Source: Octopus bimaculoides (taxonomy: Eukaryota). From it: 36,327 nucleotides of DNA. Numbering within the stretch: position 1 is the first letter of the stretch; each line of letters starts with the position of its first letter. Below are positions 23,792 through 36,140 of this stretch, piece by piece. The translations under genes were made by a program, and so were the position numbers. Where the stretch lies: assembly GCF_001194135.2 (NCBI RefSeq), contig NC_068981.1, positions 140,309,459 to 140,345,785 of the forward strand, written 5' to 3'. Under the pieces are notes generated by a model. The model was given only the letters and a program-made list of their open reading frames with translations. It ran no database searches and had not been told where the DNA came from.

Positions 23792-25210
23792 CTGGTGAAA
23801 TAATGAATTTGACAACACTGCTATATGTTTTCAATACAAGGTATAGAAAATATTATTCGAAAATTGATTTACACACAGACACGCAGACACACACATGCAG
23901 ACACACGCACACAGACATACACACAAACACATAAATACACACAAACACAAGCACACACACACAGAAAGACACGTGCACACACGTCCACATCTATATACAA
24001 ACGAATGTACAATAAATGAATATATAGGTTTACATAACTGTTTATACAAATATGTATATACATGTATCGTTGAATAGTTATATACATGTATATATGTATA
24101 TATATATATATATATATATNNNNNNNNNNNNNNNNNNNNNNNNNNNNNNNNNNNNNNNNNNNNNNNNNNNNNNNNNNNNNNNNNNNNNNNNNNNNNNNNN
24201 NNNNNNNNNNNNNNNNNNNNNNNNNNNNNNNNNNNNNNNNNNNNNNNNNNNNNNNNNNNNNNNNNNNNNNNNNNNNNNNNNNNNNNNNNNNNNNNNNNNN
24301 NNNNNNNNNNNNNNNNNNNNNNNNNNNNNNNNNNNNNNNNNNNNNNNNNNNNNNNNNNNNNNNNNNNNNNNNNNNNNNNNNNNNNNNNNNNNNNNNNNNN
24401 NNNNNNNNNNNNNNNNNNNNNNNNNNNNNNNNNNNNNNNNNNNNNNNNNNNNNNNNNNNNNNNNNNNNNNNNNNNNNNNNNNNNNNNNNNNNNNNNNNNN
24501 NNNNNNNNNNNNNNNNNNNNNNNNNNNNNNNNNNNNNNNNNNNNNNNNNNNNNNNNNNNNNNNNNNNNNNNNNNNNNNNNNNNNNNNNNNNNNNNNNNNN
24601 NNNNNNNNNNNNNNNNNNNNNNNNNNNNNNNNNNNNNNNNNNNNNNNNNNNNNNNNNNNNNNNNNNNNNNNNNNNNNNNNNNNNNNNNNNNNNNNNNNNN
24701 NNNNNNNNNNNNNNNNNNNNNNNNNNNNNNNNNNNNNNNNNNNNNNNNNNNNNNNNNNNNNNNNNNNNNNNNNNNNNNNNNNNNNNNNNNNNNNNNNNNN
24801 NNNNNNNNNNNNNNNNNNNNNNNNNNNNNNNNNNNNNNNNNNNNNNNNNNNNNNNNNNNNNNNNNNNNNNNNNNNNNNNNNNNNNNNNNNNNNNNNNNNN
24901 NNNNNNNNNNNNNNNNNNNNNNNNNNNNNNNNNNNNNNNNNNNNNNNNNNNNNNNNNNNNNNNNNNNNNNNNNNNNNNNNNNNNNNNNNNNNNNNNNNNN
25001 NNNNNNNNNNNNNNNNNNNNNNNNNNNNNNNNNNNNNNNNNNNNNNNNNNNNNNNNNNNATATATATGCATGTAAATATATATGTATATATATGTATTTA
25101 CATATATATATATATATATATGCATATATGTGTATATATATATATATACATATATATATATGCATATATATATATAGAGAGAGAGTGACAGAGAGATAGA
25201 CACACACACA

Positions 25211-26083
25211 TATGTGGCCTGATCAATAAGTATCGGACTGTTATTATAAAAACTAAGCTAAAGCACCAAGAGTAAAGCCACTTGGTACAGAATGACACTC
25301 AACTCTACTGTGCATGCGCACTAAAGTTTAACCCTCTAACTCACTTCTGCTGCTCACAGCAGCTCTTGGAAGGAAGGTGTGTAGCCTGTGATCATGGCGG
25401 AGAAAGTTGAGCAGAAAATATGCATCAAATTTTGCCAAAGTTTGGCGATACTTGCTCAGTGACCTACACTATGTTTTCAAAAAGTTTTCGTCGTTCTTAC
25501 CACAATCAAGGAGGTCTTAAGCAACTGAAGCCCGAATGTCGTTATGGTCAGCTGACAACAGTTTTGGTACTAATTTTGCAAACACGCTTCTTATACCCGA
25601 ATCTTCTGCAATAATGTATTAAACTGAAACGTAACTAATCTGCACATCTTGTGATAACTCAGTTATGATGACTCCACGATTTTCCCTCACAGTTACACGC
25701 ACATCTACAATGCTTTTCCCAGTTCTGATGTTTGCGTGTCTCCCTGAACCATCATCAATATCGACATTTTCGGCCATCCTGGAAACGTCTGAACGATGAG
25801 TACACTTGTGTGCGGCTCATGCTCTCCTCTCTATACACTTTCTGCAACTTTCTGAGCAGGTATCACCATAACAACTTTGTCTGTCATGACCAATGCAACG
25901 ATCACACGCTACACCACTTCCTTCGAAGTGGTGCTGTACAGAGCGAAGTGAAATAGGACATTAAACCTTAGTGTGCATGCCCTACAGGTTTCAATGTCAA
26001 ACTCTGTCGAGCAGCATCATTCTGCATGCTTTAGCTTCGTTACTATGGCTAATAATGCGGATACTTATTGATCAGCCCTCATA
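25211..26083. mobile_element. Non-autonomous mariner derivative with two inverted 5' ends (fold-back), TA-flanked
   Basis: TIRs TA-TGTGGCCTGATCAATAAGTATC (left) and TA-TGAGGGCTGATCAATAAGTATC (right, minus) match at 20/22. The left arm encodes MAEKVEQKICIKFCQ/KFGDTCSVTY. The right arm (minus) encodes MTDKV..GDTCSE/KLQKVYREESMSRTQVYSSFRRFQDGR..LVPKLLSADH..DLLDCGKNDENFLKT, a mariner transposase N-terminus. No DD34D catalytic domain is present. Confidence 0.85.
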
Positions 26084-27065
26084 TATATNNNNNNNNNNNN
26101 NNNNNNNNNNNNNNNNNNNNNNNNNNNNNNNNNNNNNNNNNNNNNNNNNNNNNNNNNNNNNNNNNNNNNNNNNNNNNNNNNNNNNNNNNNNNNNNNNNNN
26201 NNNNNNNNNNNNNNNNNNNNNNNNNNNNNNNNNNNNNNNNNNNNNNNNNNNNNNNNNNNNNNNNNNNNNNNNNNNNNNNNNNNNNNNNNNNNNNNNNNNN
26301 NNNNNNNNNNNNNNNNNNNNNNNNNNNNNNNNNNNNNNNNNNNNNNNNNNNNNNNNNNNNNNNNNNNNNNNNNNNNNNNNNNNNNNNNNNNNNNNNNNNN
26401 NNNNNNNNNNNNNNNNNNNNNNNNNNNNNNNNNNNNNNNNNNNNNNNNNNNNNNNNNNNNNNNNNNNNNNNNNNNNNNNNNNNNNNNNNNNNNNNNNNNN
26501 NNNNNNNNNNNNNNNNNNNNNNNNNNNNNNNNNNNNNNNNNNNNNNNNNNNNNNNNNNNNNNNNNNNNNNNNNNNNNNNNNNNNNNNNNNNNNNNNNNNN
26601 NNNNNNNNNNNNNNNNNNNNNNNNNNNNNNNNNNNNNNNNNNNNNNNNNNNNNNNNNNNNNNNNNNNNNNNNNNNNNNNNNNNNNNNNNNNNNNNNNNNN
26701 NNNNNNNNNNNNNNNNNNNNNNNNNNNNNNNNNNNNNNNNNNNNNNNNNNNNNNNNNNNNNNNNNNNNNNNNNNNNNNNNNNNNNNNNNNNNNNNNNNNN
26801 NNNNNNNNNNNNNNNNNNNNNNNNNNNNNNNNNNNNNNNNNNNNNNNNNNNNNNNNNNNNNNNNNNNNNNNNNNNNNNNNNNNNNNNNNNNNNNNNNNNN
26901 NNNNNNNNNNNNNNNNNNNNNNNNNNNNNNNNNNNNNNNNNNNNNNNNNNNNNNNNNNNNNNNNNNNNNNNNNNNNNNNNNNNNNNNNNNNNNNNNNNNN
27001 NNNNNNNNNNNNNNNNNNNNNNNNNNNNNNNNNNNNNNNNNNNNNNNNNNNNNNNNNNNNNNNNN

Positions 27066-27126
<61 letters not shown>

Positions 27127-27543
27127 GTGCATATATATATGTATGTACACATACATATACATAGAGACATATAAAATCTATACGTACATACATACATACA
27201 CACATTAATACGTACGTATATACGTGCATGCATACATATATCCATATGTAACCGTATGTGATTGGGCGCGCCACAAATATCAGCAATTTTCGAGCGTCAC
27301 TACTTAAATGCTTTTTTATTTTGACCAATGTTTAGGAACTGAATATTAGATTGTAACGTTAGATGGCGACTAAGAATTTTATATTTTGTGGGAAGGGAAC
27401 AATTTCCTGTAAACAGACACTCAACTAACGAAGTTTCATTGAAAAATTTATGCTTGTGTCTTCTTCCTTATAGCGCTTTTCATATCCATATGGAAACACG
27501 AAATTGATGAACTTCTATAGGGAAGAGAATATACAAACATATG

Positions 27544-27579
<36 letters not shown>

Positions 27580-28451
27580 TATATATTATTATGTATATAT
27601 NNNNNNNNNNNNNNNNNNNNNNNNNNNNNNNNNNNNNNNNNNNNNNNNNNNNNNNNNNNNNNNNNNNNNNNNNNNNNNNNNNNNNNNNNNNNNNNNNNNN
27701 NNNNNNNNNNNNNNNNNNNNNNNNNNNNNNNNNNNNNNNNNNNNNNNNNNNNNNNNNNNNNNNNNNNNNNNNNNNNNNNNNNNNNNNNNNNNNNNNNNNN
27801 NNNNNNNNNNNNNNNNNNNNNNNNNNNNNNNNNNNNNNNNNNNNNNNNNNNNNNNNNNNNNNNNNNNNNNNNNNNNNNNNNNNNNNNNNNNNNNNNNNNN
27901 NTGTAGAGCCTTATATAGACACATACATACAAGCACACACGAACACAAGTTCATATATACAATAGAATATGGAGTTAAGGGCATTTTTCCAAACGCCAGG
28001 AATCTGATAAACATCAGGGTTTTTATAAATAATATTATTTGGCTAGGCATATTTTAAACTAGGAAATCTGGTTTGTACAAATTCTATTAAAGTTTACACT
28101 ATTTTTATTCACTTCCCTTTTATAAAGTCTATGGGAAAAAAGCATATAGATAAGAAGCGGAGACTAAAATATTATTATTACGTCTAGAAAACATTACATT
28201 TCAATTTCTGCTATGTCAGTCAGATGGAAAAAAAATATGCAGGATTATGAGATTACACAGGGAAACTATACTGTAGAAATAAACAAAGGAAGCAAAAACT
28301 GTAAAAAAACATCTACACATATGAAGAACACACACTTTTATACATCAACGTAAGCAAATATTTGTATTCCATAATCATATATAAATCCTGCCTTTCTTTA
28401 CGATCCAAGTAATGTATACATATATGTGTGTATGAGAGTATATATATATAA

Positions 28452-28494
<43 letters not shown>

Positions 28495-29094
28495 TGCATG
28501 CAAGAGTGTGTGCGTGTGCAAGCAAGTGTGTGCGAGTGAGTGTGTGTATGCTTATACACACAGATGTGTGTGTGTGTGTGCGCGTGCGTTCTTATGTTGG
28601 ATTGCAAAATAGTGAGAACCTATTTCAGCCAAGGGTAGTGGTACGGTATTTCACTCGCCTGAGAAAGGTAAGGAGGAATTTGCAACTAACGAAAGCCACG
28701 CTCATACATGTATTAACTGACACACTAACATATGTGCACATGTGTAACTGGCTGCTTACATACGTATTCACTAATGCGTCAGTGTGACACATATGTAGTA
28801 GATTCTAGAGAAAGCACTGTAGCAGCATTAAAGTAAATAAGTAGAATGACAAAGAGAAGAGAGAGAAAAGAAGATGAGAGAGAGTGAGAGGTTATCTTGA
28901 TGTAAAATTCCAACATAACCTTCAAACATTGATTCTCGTAAGGGCCGACCACACTGAAACGCGTTTGTGCGCGTGTTCAAACTGACGTAGGTACAAAGCT
29001 TATTGTAAATTTCCTACTGGTTCTCTTCACAACTTTTATTATCAGACGAAATACCCAATAACCCAAAATGTTTAACTAAACGTTTAACAATATA

Positions 29095-29163
<69 letters not shown>

Positions 29164-29215
29164 GTCTATCTATCTATCTATATATCTATCTATCTATTTA
29201 TTTATCTATCTATCT
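29095..29215. repeat. (TATC)n tetranucleotide microsatellite
   Basis: Direct reading. Confidence 0.97.
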
Positions 29216-29812
29216 CCCCCTCTCTCGCTCTCCATATATATNNNNNNNNNNNNNNNNNNNNNNNNNNNNNNNNNNNNNNNNNNNNNNNNNNNNNNNNNNN
29301 NNNNNNNNNNNNNNNNNNNNNNNNNNNNNNNNNNNNNNNNNNNNNNNNNNNNNNNNNNNNNNNNNNNNNNNNNNNNNNNNNNNNNNNNNNNNNNNNNNNN
29401 NNNNNNNNNNNNNNNNNNNNNNNNNNNNNNNNNNNNNNNNNNNNNNNNNNNNNNNNNNNNNNNNNNNNNNNNNNNNNNNNNNNNNNNNNNNNNNNNNNNN
29501 NNNNNNNNNNNNNNNNNNNNNNNNNNNNNNNNNNNNNNNNNNNNNNNNNNNNNNNNNNNNNNNNNNNNNNNNNNNNNNNNNNNNNNNNNNNNNNNNNNNN
29601 NNNNNNNNNNNNNNNNNNNNNNNNNNNNNNNNNNNNNNNNNNNNNNNNNNNNNNNNNNNNNNNNNNNNNNNNNNNNNNNNNNNNNNNNNNNNNNNNNNNN
29701 NNNNNNNNNNNNNNNNNNNNNNNNNNNNNNNNNNNNNNNNNNNNNNNNNNNNNNNNNNNNNNNNNNNNNNNNNNNNNNNNNNNNNNNNNNNNNNNNNNNN
29801 NNNNNNNNNAAC

Positions 29813-30615
29813 TATGCAAACCTGTTCGTTGGCTACGTTGAAGCCCAAATATTCTCAAGTTTCACTGGTCTCACTCCCGAACAATACTGCCGTTATATTG
29901 ACGACTGTATCGGTGCAACCTCACTCTCCCGCGAACATCTAGACTCCTTCCTATCTTTTGTCAAATATTTCCATCCTGCCCTCCACTTCTCCTGCACTAT
30001 ATCTGACATTTCTGTCTCCTTTCTTGAGATTTCATCACTCCACTATCACCACCTCCCTCCACTACAAGCACACAGATTCACACTCATACCTCATCTTCTC
30101 CTCCTCCCACTCTAAACACACCGATCTCTCCATCCCCTATTCCCAATTCCTCCGTCTACGCAGGCTCTGCAATGACCACCATGACTTTGAGACTCAGTTT
30201 CAACTCATGGTTCCTACATCATCCTATGTGGATATCCCCTCACCACTATCCACACAACCCTTGCTAGAGCACGTTCCATGGAGTGTGCATCTGCTCTCTA
30301 ACCCGCACCCGCCCCGCCGTCTCCACTCTCCTATTTCCCCTCACCTTCCACACGCACATACATGCTTTCATATACACACGCACGTGCACCTTCATTATGG
30401 GATCACCACAACTTTATTATCACCCCTTCTTTCTAGCTCTCCAGTGTGACACCTCTGTCCGGTATTTGCCATGATAGATCACTAGCCACTACATATTATT
30501 TATTTTCTCTCCCTGTTCATTTCTGTGTTCCTTTCTGTGGAAGAGTGTAGACTCGAAACGTTAGATACATTTCACTTGCCGAGCGTTAATCTAATACATC
30601 TGTTTCTTGTCTACA
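29813..30615 (+). mobile_element. Penelope-like element: RT fragment plus terminal-repeat-like segment
   Basis: YANLFVGYVEAQIFSSFTGLTPEQYCRYIDDCIG (YIDD at 29894-29905), FHPALHF, SVSFLE / frameshift / TSLHYKHTDSHSYLIFSSSHSKHTDLSIPYSQFLRLRRLCND, then LFPLTFH and LQCDTSVRYLP, all typical PLE RT and thumb motifs. Bounded by N-gaps on both sides. Confidence 0.9.
30531..30570 (+). ncRNA. Degenerate minimal (type I) hammerhead ribozyme motif of a PLE terminal repeat
   Basis: CTTT-CTGTGGA-A-GAGT-gtag-ACTC-GAAA-CGTT-AGAT: a CUGANGA-like box (one core mismatch), a perfect 4-bp stem II, GAAA, and a palindromic ACGT stem III, located directly downstream of a PLE RT. Confidence 0.45.
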
Positions 30616-31593
30616 NNNNNNNNNNNNNNNNNNNNNNNNNNNNNNNNNNNNNNNNNNNNNNNNNNNNNNNNNNNNNNNNNNNNNNNNNNNNNNNNNNNNN
30701 NNNNNNNNNNNNNNNNNNNNNNNNNNNNNNNNNNNNNNNNNNNNNNNNNNNNNNNNNNNNNNNNNNNNNNNNNNNNNNNNNNNNNNNNNNNNNNNNNNNN
30801 NNNNNNNNNNNNNNNNNNNNNNNNNNNNNNNNNNNNNNNNNNNNNNNNNNNNNNNNNNNNNNNNNNNNNNNNNNNNNNNNNNNNNNNNNNNNNNNNNNNN
30901 NNNNNNNNNNNNNNNNNNNNNNNNNNNNNNNNNNNNNNNNNNNNNNNNNNNNNNNNNNNNNNNNNNNNNNNNNNNNNNNNNNNNNNNNNNNNNNNNNNNN
31001 NNNNNNNNNNNNNNNNNNNNNNNNNNNNNNNNNNNNNNNNNNNNNNNNNNNNNNNNNNNNNNNNNNNNNNNNNNNNNNNNNNNNNNNNNNNNNNNNNNNN
31101 NNNNNNNNNNNNNNNNNNNNNNNNNNNNNNNNNNNNNNNNNNNNNNNNNNNNNNNNNNNNNNNNNNNNNNNNNNNNNNNNNNNNNNNNNNNNNNNNNNNN
31201 NNNNNNNNNNNNNNNNNNNNNNNNNNNNNNNNNNNNNNNNNNNNNNNNNNNNNNNNNNNNNNNNNNNNNNNNNNNNNNNNNNNNNNNNNNNNNNNNNNNN
31301 NNNNNNNNNNNNNNNNNNNNNNNNNNNNNNNNNNNNNNNNNNNNNNNNNNNNNNNNNNNNNNNNNNNNNNNNNNNNNNNNNNNNNNNNNNNNNNNNNNNN
31401 NNNNNNNNNNNNNNNNNNNNNNNNNNNNNNNNNNNNNNNNNNNNNNNNNNNNNNNNNNNNNNNNNNNNNNNNNNNNNNNNNNNNNNNNNNNNNNNNNNNN
31501 NNNNNNNNNNNNNNNNNNNNNNNNNNNNNNNNNNNNNNNNNNNNNNNNNNNNNNNNNNNNNNNNNNNNNNNNNNNNNNNNNNNNNNNNNNNNN

Positions 31594-31681
31594 ATATATA
31601 TATATATATATATATGAGTGTGTGTGTGGTGTATGTGTGTATACACCTAAATATACACATATAAATATATGTAAGTATTTA

Positions 31682-31713
<32 letters not shown>

Positions 31714-31741
31714 ACTGTGTGTGTGAGTGTGTGTGTGTGTT
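31594..31741. repeat. Compound (TA)n/(TG)n microsatellite
   Basis: Direct reading. Confidence 0.93.
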
Positions 31742-32349
31742 GAAAGAAGAGATGAAAACGATCAAGGTGTCCATAAAATGTAATCAATCGTAATCAAAAG
31801 TAGATCCACTCAATTCATAACAAGTAATTAGTTTCAGTATTGAAGACCTTGACAAATAGGCAAGAACGATAACTTTATTCGATTGATCGAACAACTTTCA
31901 GAGATGTAGTTACATCAAATAGATATATTTTACTTTGATTTTCTAATAGGATGAACTACTAAGAAATAAATTTAAATATTGGAAATGATAAAAGCTTTTA
32001 TTTATTTACGTGATTTTTATCTGAATTTGTTTCAGAGTACTTTCGTTTGAAAATACATAATTATTCTAAAATAACTTAGAATAGATGCGCGCTACAAATA
32101 AATCGATATTTTTAATTTCAATATAAATATGATATTAAAATGTGTCATTTTACATAATGCCCAAGTTTTAACGAATGGTGTCAATAATTTGCATCATGAT
32201 TTGGTTAATGATTTATATATACTTAGTAACCGATTGATATACACAAAAGTTGATCATCGATAATTCATAGAAATTAGCTCTCAATGAACGCATACATTAA
32301 TTCACATCTAATTCCATGCATATAAACATGCACGCATACTTACACTTGA

Positions 32350-32405
32350 ACACACACACATACACACACACGCACACACATACACACACCTCACCCTCAC
32401 ACGTA

Positions 32406-32448
<43 letters not shown>

Positions 32449-32462
32449 TTATCTATCTATCT
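32350..32462. repeat. (CA)n followed by (TATC)n microsatellite
   Basis: Direct reading. Confidence 0.95.
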
Positions 32463-33031
32463 ACGATATATGAGAACGCATGTATGTAACCAGTATAGAA
32501 ATAAATTATATGCAAGTATAAAGCAAAGATATGTATTCTTGGTGCTAAACACTGACAAACTATACATGAAAATTAAATAAACTTCGCTTGGAAAACGATG
32601 GTATAGTGAAGTACAGGAATGGCTTAAGCGAAAATAATATTTATATTTATTCCAATAATTTCTGTGGACATTATTGTGTTTCTAATGCATGCATATTTAT
32701 GTGTATATAAACGCCCGCTACAGTCAACGGTTTAACAAACGATCTCAATGAATACGTTATTCGATCACCCATATTGATACAACGTTATTTACTTCGTATG
32801 AAATAACACTTTGAAATATCGGTGATGACTTTCAGATTCTGGTTACATTGTTAGCAAATTAAAACTTCATATCGCTAAGATTCACGTCTGCCGTTATAAG
32901 ACGTGTGCGAGATGCAGTTGGGTGAAGTCTCTTGGGAGACATAAGTTCTTATGACGACACAAGTCCACAAAACTATCCCGGCGTTGGGTTCGTAAGAAAC
33001 GAAGGACAAACCGTTATTTTAACATAAAAGG

Positions 33032-33150
33032 CAACTGCTAGACACGTCCAACTGCTAGACACGTCCAACTGCTAGACACGTCCAACTGCTAGACACGTCC
33101 AACTGCTAGACACGTCCAACTGCTAGACACGTCCACCTGCTAGACACGCG
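33032..33150. repeat. 17-bp minisatellite (CAACTGCTAGACACGTC), 6 perfect units plus 1 variant unit
   Basis: Units start at 33032, 33049, 33066, 33083, 33100 and 33117 (identical) and 33134 (CACCTGCTAGACACGCG). Confidence 0.98.
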
Positions 33151-33689
33151 ACAGTGAAATCAGTTGGGGACTTTCTACTCTCAGAAAAACATTTTAGGAA
33201 AGCTGTTGTTTGTTGATTACAAGTTGATCTGGAGGTGCTTAATCAGAAAGTCTCGTCCTCGATTCAAAAAGCTGGTTAAACATACGACGTAATCATTTCT
33301 CTGACTATATCTTGAGGTGGACCTTATCGTCTTGTGATCATCAAGTGGAAGTGAATGAACAGCATAGATAAAGACACTAAAAACAAAATGGTGGCATCGT
33401 TACTATTAACTAGTTGTGTAGTGTTGAAGAACAAATGATGGAAGCAGATGTGAAACATCTTCGTACACCTCGCCTAACAGCAATAATTTTACTAATCATC
33501 ATTATTTTAACTCTGGGTTTTGAAGTTTATAATAGAATGAGTCGCAAATATTTCAGCCCAAAAGCACTAAATTTGGGATCAGCTTTATTCTGAAATAATG
33601 TTCAGCCTACTGATACAAAGTGGCGATAAGTGCACATGCAATTAAATCATTCCTTCTCTCGGATGGTGACTAGGTTTAATGACAACAAA

Positions 33690-33745
33690 CTGATGCAATA
33701 AATGTAGACCTTGCCAGGGTTTGAACTCAAGACTTGACTACCGTA
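33690..33745 (-). mobile_element. Possible SINE head remnant (B-box only)
   Basis: Minus strand gtcttgagttcaaaccctggcaaggtctac resembles the family-A B-box region; little else aligns. Confidence 0.25.
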
Positions 33746-35197
33746 TCGTTGGCCCAAATGGACTTTCCTTGCCACTGTAACAATTCCGCACACTCAACAT
33801 TTCCATTGATAACTAATGTATATTTCTGACATAAATACAAATATTGGATGGATGCCATAACCGACTGAAAATTTTCTAATTCTTGTGTGATTCATTACTG
33901 ACCTGGAGGGATGAAATAGAAAGTTAATAACAGCAAGAATGAAATATAAAAAATATATAAAAGAATTAGAGAACGTTCGAAAATACTTTATCTGACGAAT
34001 TAACATTTCTGACTATAACAGCTCGCTGTTAGAAAGAATTGTTGCTAACGTTGGCAAAATATTGAAGTTTTGATTTTTTTAAGTGCGTACATTTTAAATT
34101 CGACCAAAGCAGAATGATGTAAATATTTAGTTGGACGCCAGCATAGCTTTTTCTCCGATGCTCCACTGATTCCCCATACTTTCATTCAACTATGATAAAT
34201 TGTGTACATCCTACATATTTACACGTCTTATATCTAAGAAGAAATTCATATTGCGATTAGAAGATTCAACGTACAAACATCATTTTATTCTTTGAAATTT
34301 CTTGACTAGTTCATATTGATTTGGGTTCTTACAGCAAGTTGTTTCTATATTGTAATCAAAGTTAAAAAGCACAATGAAAGATTCTGAACAAATTATCTGA
34401 TATTAATACGTTTGAGATATTTCCTCCTGAAAAGCACGTGATGTTATGATAAAAGAGACCGAACAAATGAGCATAATTATTTACACATCTTCAATTTATA
34501 TCATTGTTTTCCTGGTTAGAAATAATTTGGTTAAGGTCTAGTTAAAGTTAGGTATAGCTGAAACTTAATTTCCATATATTTCCATAAAATTTGAGCTGTA
34601 AATTAAATATTCCAAAATTAAATTAGATATGCATCAGTATTATGTTAAACACAACATCATTAAAAAAAATTTCAGTGAATGTATAAATGACATGCTTATA
34701 TAGATACGCTCACACGCGCTCTCACGCATACATTACAGGCACATACTCATATACACACTAACTCTCAAACATATAGACAAGCATACCTTCATTTACAAAT
34801 TAAAATCATACACACACGCTCACACAAACACAAATGCACACTCATACGTATGTGTATATGTGCGTGTACATATGCACATATGAATAAAAAGATATGCACA
34901 CATGTATATGTAGTATATATATATATATATATATATATATNNNNNNNNNNNNNNNNNNNNNNNNNNNNNNNNNNNNNNNNNNNNNNNNNNNNNNNNNNNN
35001 NNNNNNNNNNNNNNNNNNNNNNNNNNNNNNNNNNNNNNNNNNNNNNNNNNNNNNNNNNNNNNNNNNNNNNNNNNNNNNNNNNNNNNNNNNNNNNNNNNNN
35101 NNNNNNNNNNNNNNNNNNNNNNNNNNNNNNNNNNNNNNNNNNNNNNNNNNNNNNNNNNNNNNNNNNNNNNNNNNNNNNNNNNNNNNNNNNNNNNNNN

Positions 35198-35203
<6 letters not shown>

Positions 35204-35252
<49 letters not shown>
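35204..35252. repeat. (GA)n microsatellite
   Basis: Direct reading. Confidence 0.97.
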
Positions 35253-35255
<3 letters not shown>

Positions 35256-36084
35256 GTATGTATGGATATACACGCACAGACACACTCACACACACACTCA
35301 TATATACATATGAGTGTTTGTTGCAAATATTAATCAGGATGTCTCTATGAAATAGATAATGTCAGTACAAGAAAAGAAACATAATTTAAACTTTAAATTC
35401 AACATCATGTAAATTTGTTAACAACAAAAGCGAATATATGAGAGGAAGCGGTGTAGCTTAATTATGTTGTGGTGTTTATAGACAAAGATCTAAATCATCG
35501 CAACATCGACTAAAGAAACAAAACAAAAAACGTTCAGTACAAACAGAAATATACGGCAACATTGGAGTTTTTGAATTCACGCTAAATATATTTTTTCGTT
35601 TTGCTTTTAATTCATTTTATTGTTTAGTCAGAGGAGACAGAGGCAGCATAAATTACTCATTTCAGAGTTTTCAAATGTGCTGGGTGGGGTTGAAAAGTTA
35701 TATCTCGGAGAAGGTTTGCTACTGATTTATCCTTTTCAAAATGCTAAAAGCGCAGGTGATAGGTTTACCAAAACAAATCAAGAACTATCTTTAAGACGAC
35801 ATACTATAGACTCCATGTAAGGAATTTCAATGAGATCTTATCGACTCGAGCCAATTTTAGATGACACATACTCAAGAATGAACCCGAAGTCACTTGAGTA
35901 CGAACTCATCATTTTTGTCCCTGATGCCGGCATAATGTGTTTGTGTCAAAAATTTTATTGAATTAAATGGTAGACTTCTTATTTTCAGAATATGGTCAGC
36001 TGTGCGTATATATTGGGTTAAATGGATTTTGTAAAGGTGGTCAACGATCTTATTAAAAAGGATTTAGGAGAAATTATTTATCGT

Positions 36085-36094
36085 TTACTTTGTG

Positions 36095-36129
<35 letters not shown>

Positions 36130-36140
36130 TGTGTGTGGGT
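36085..36140. repeat. (TG)n microsatellite, imperfect
   Basis: Direct reading. Confidence 0.93.

Noticed and set aside
33032-33150. CRISPR-like interpretation of the 17-bp repeat
   Set aside because: The units are directly adjacent with no spacers, there are no cas genes, and the context is eukaryotic.
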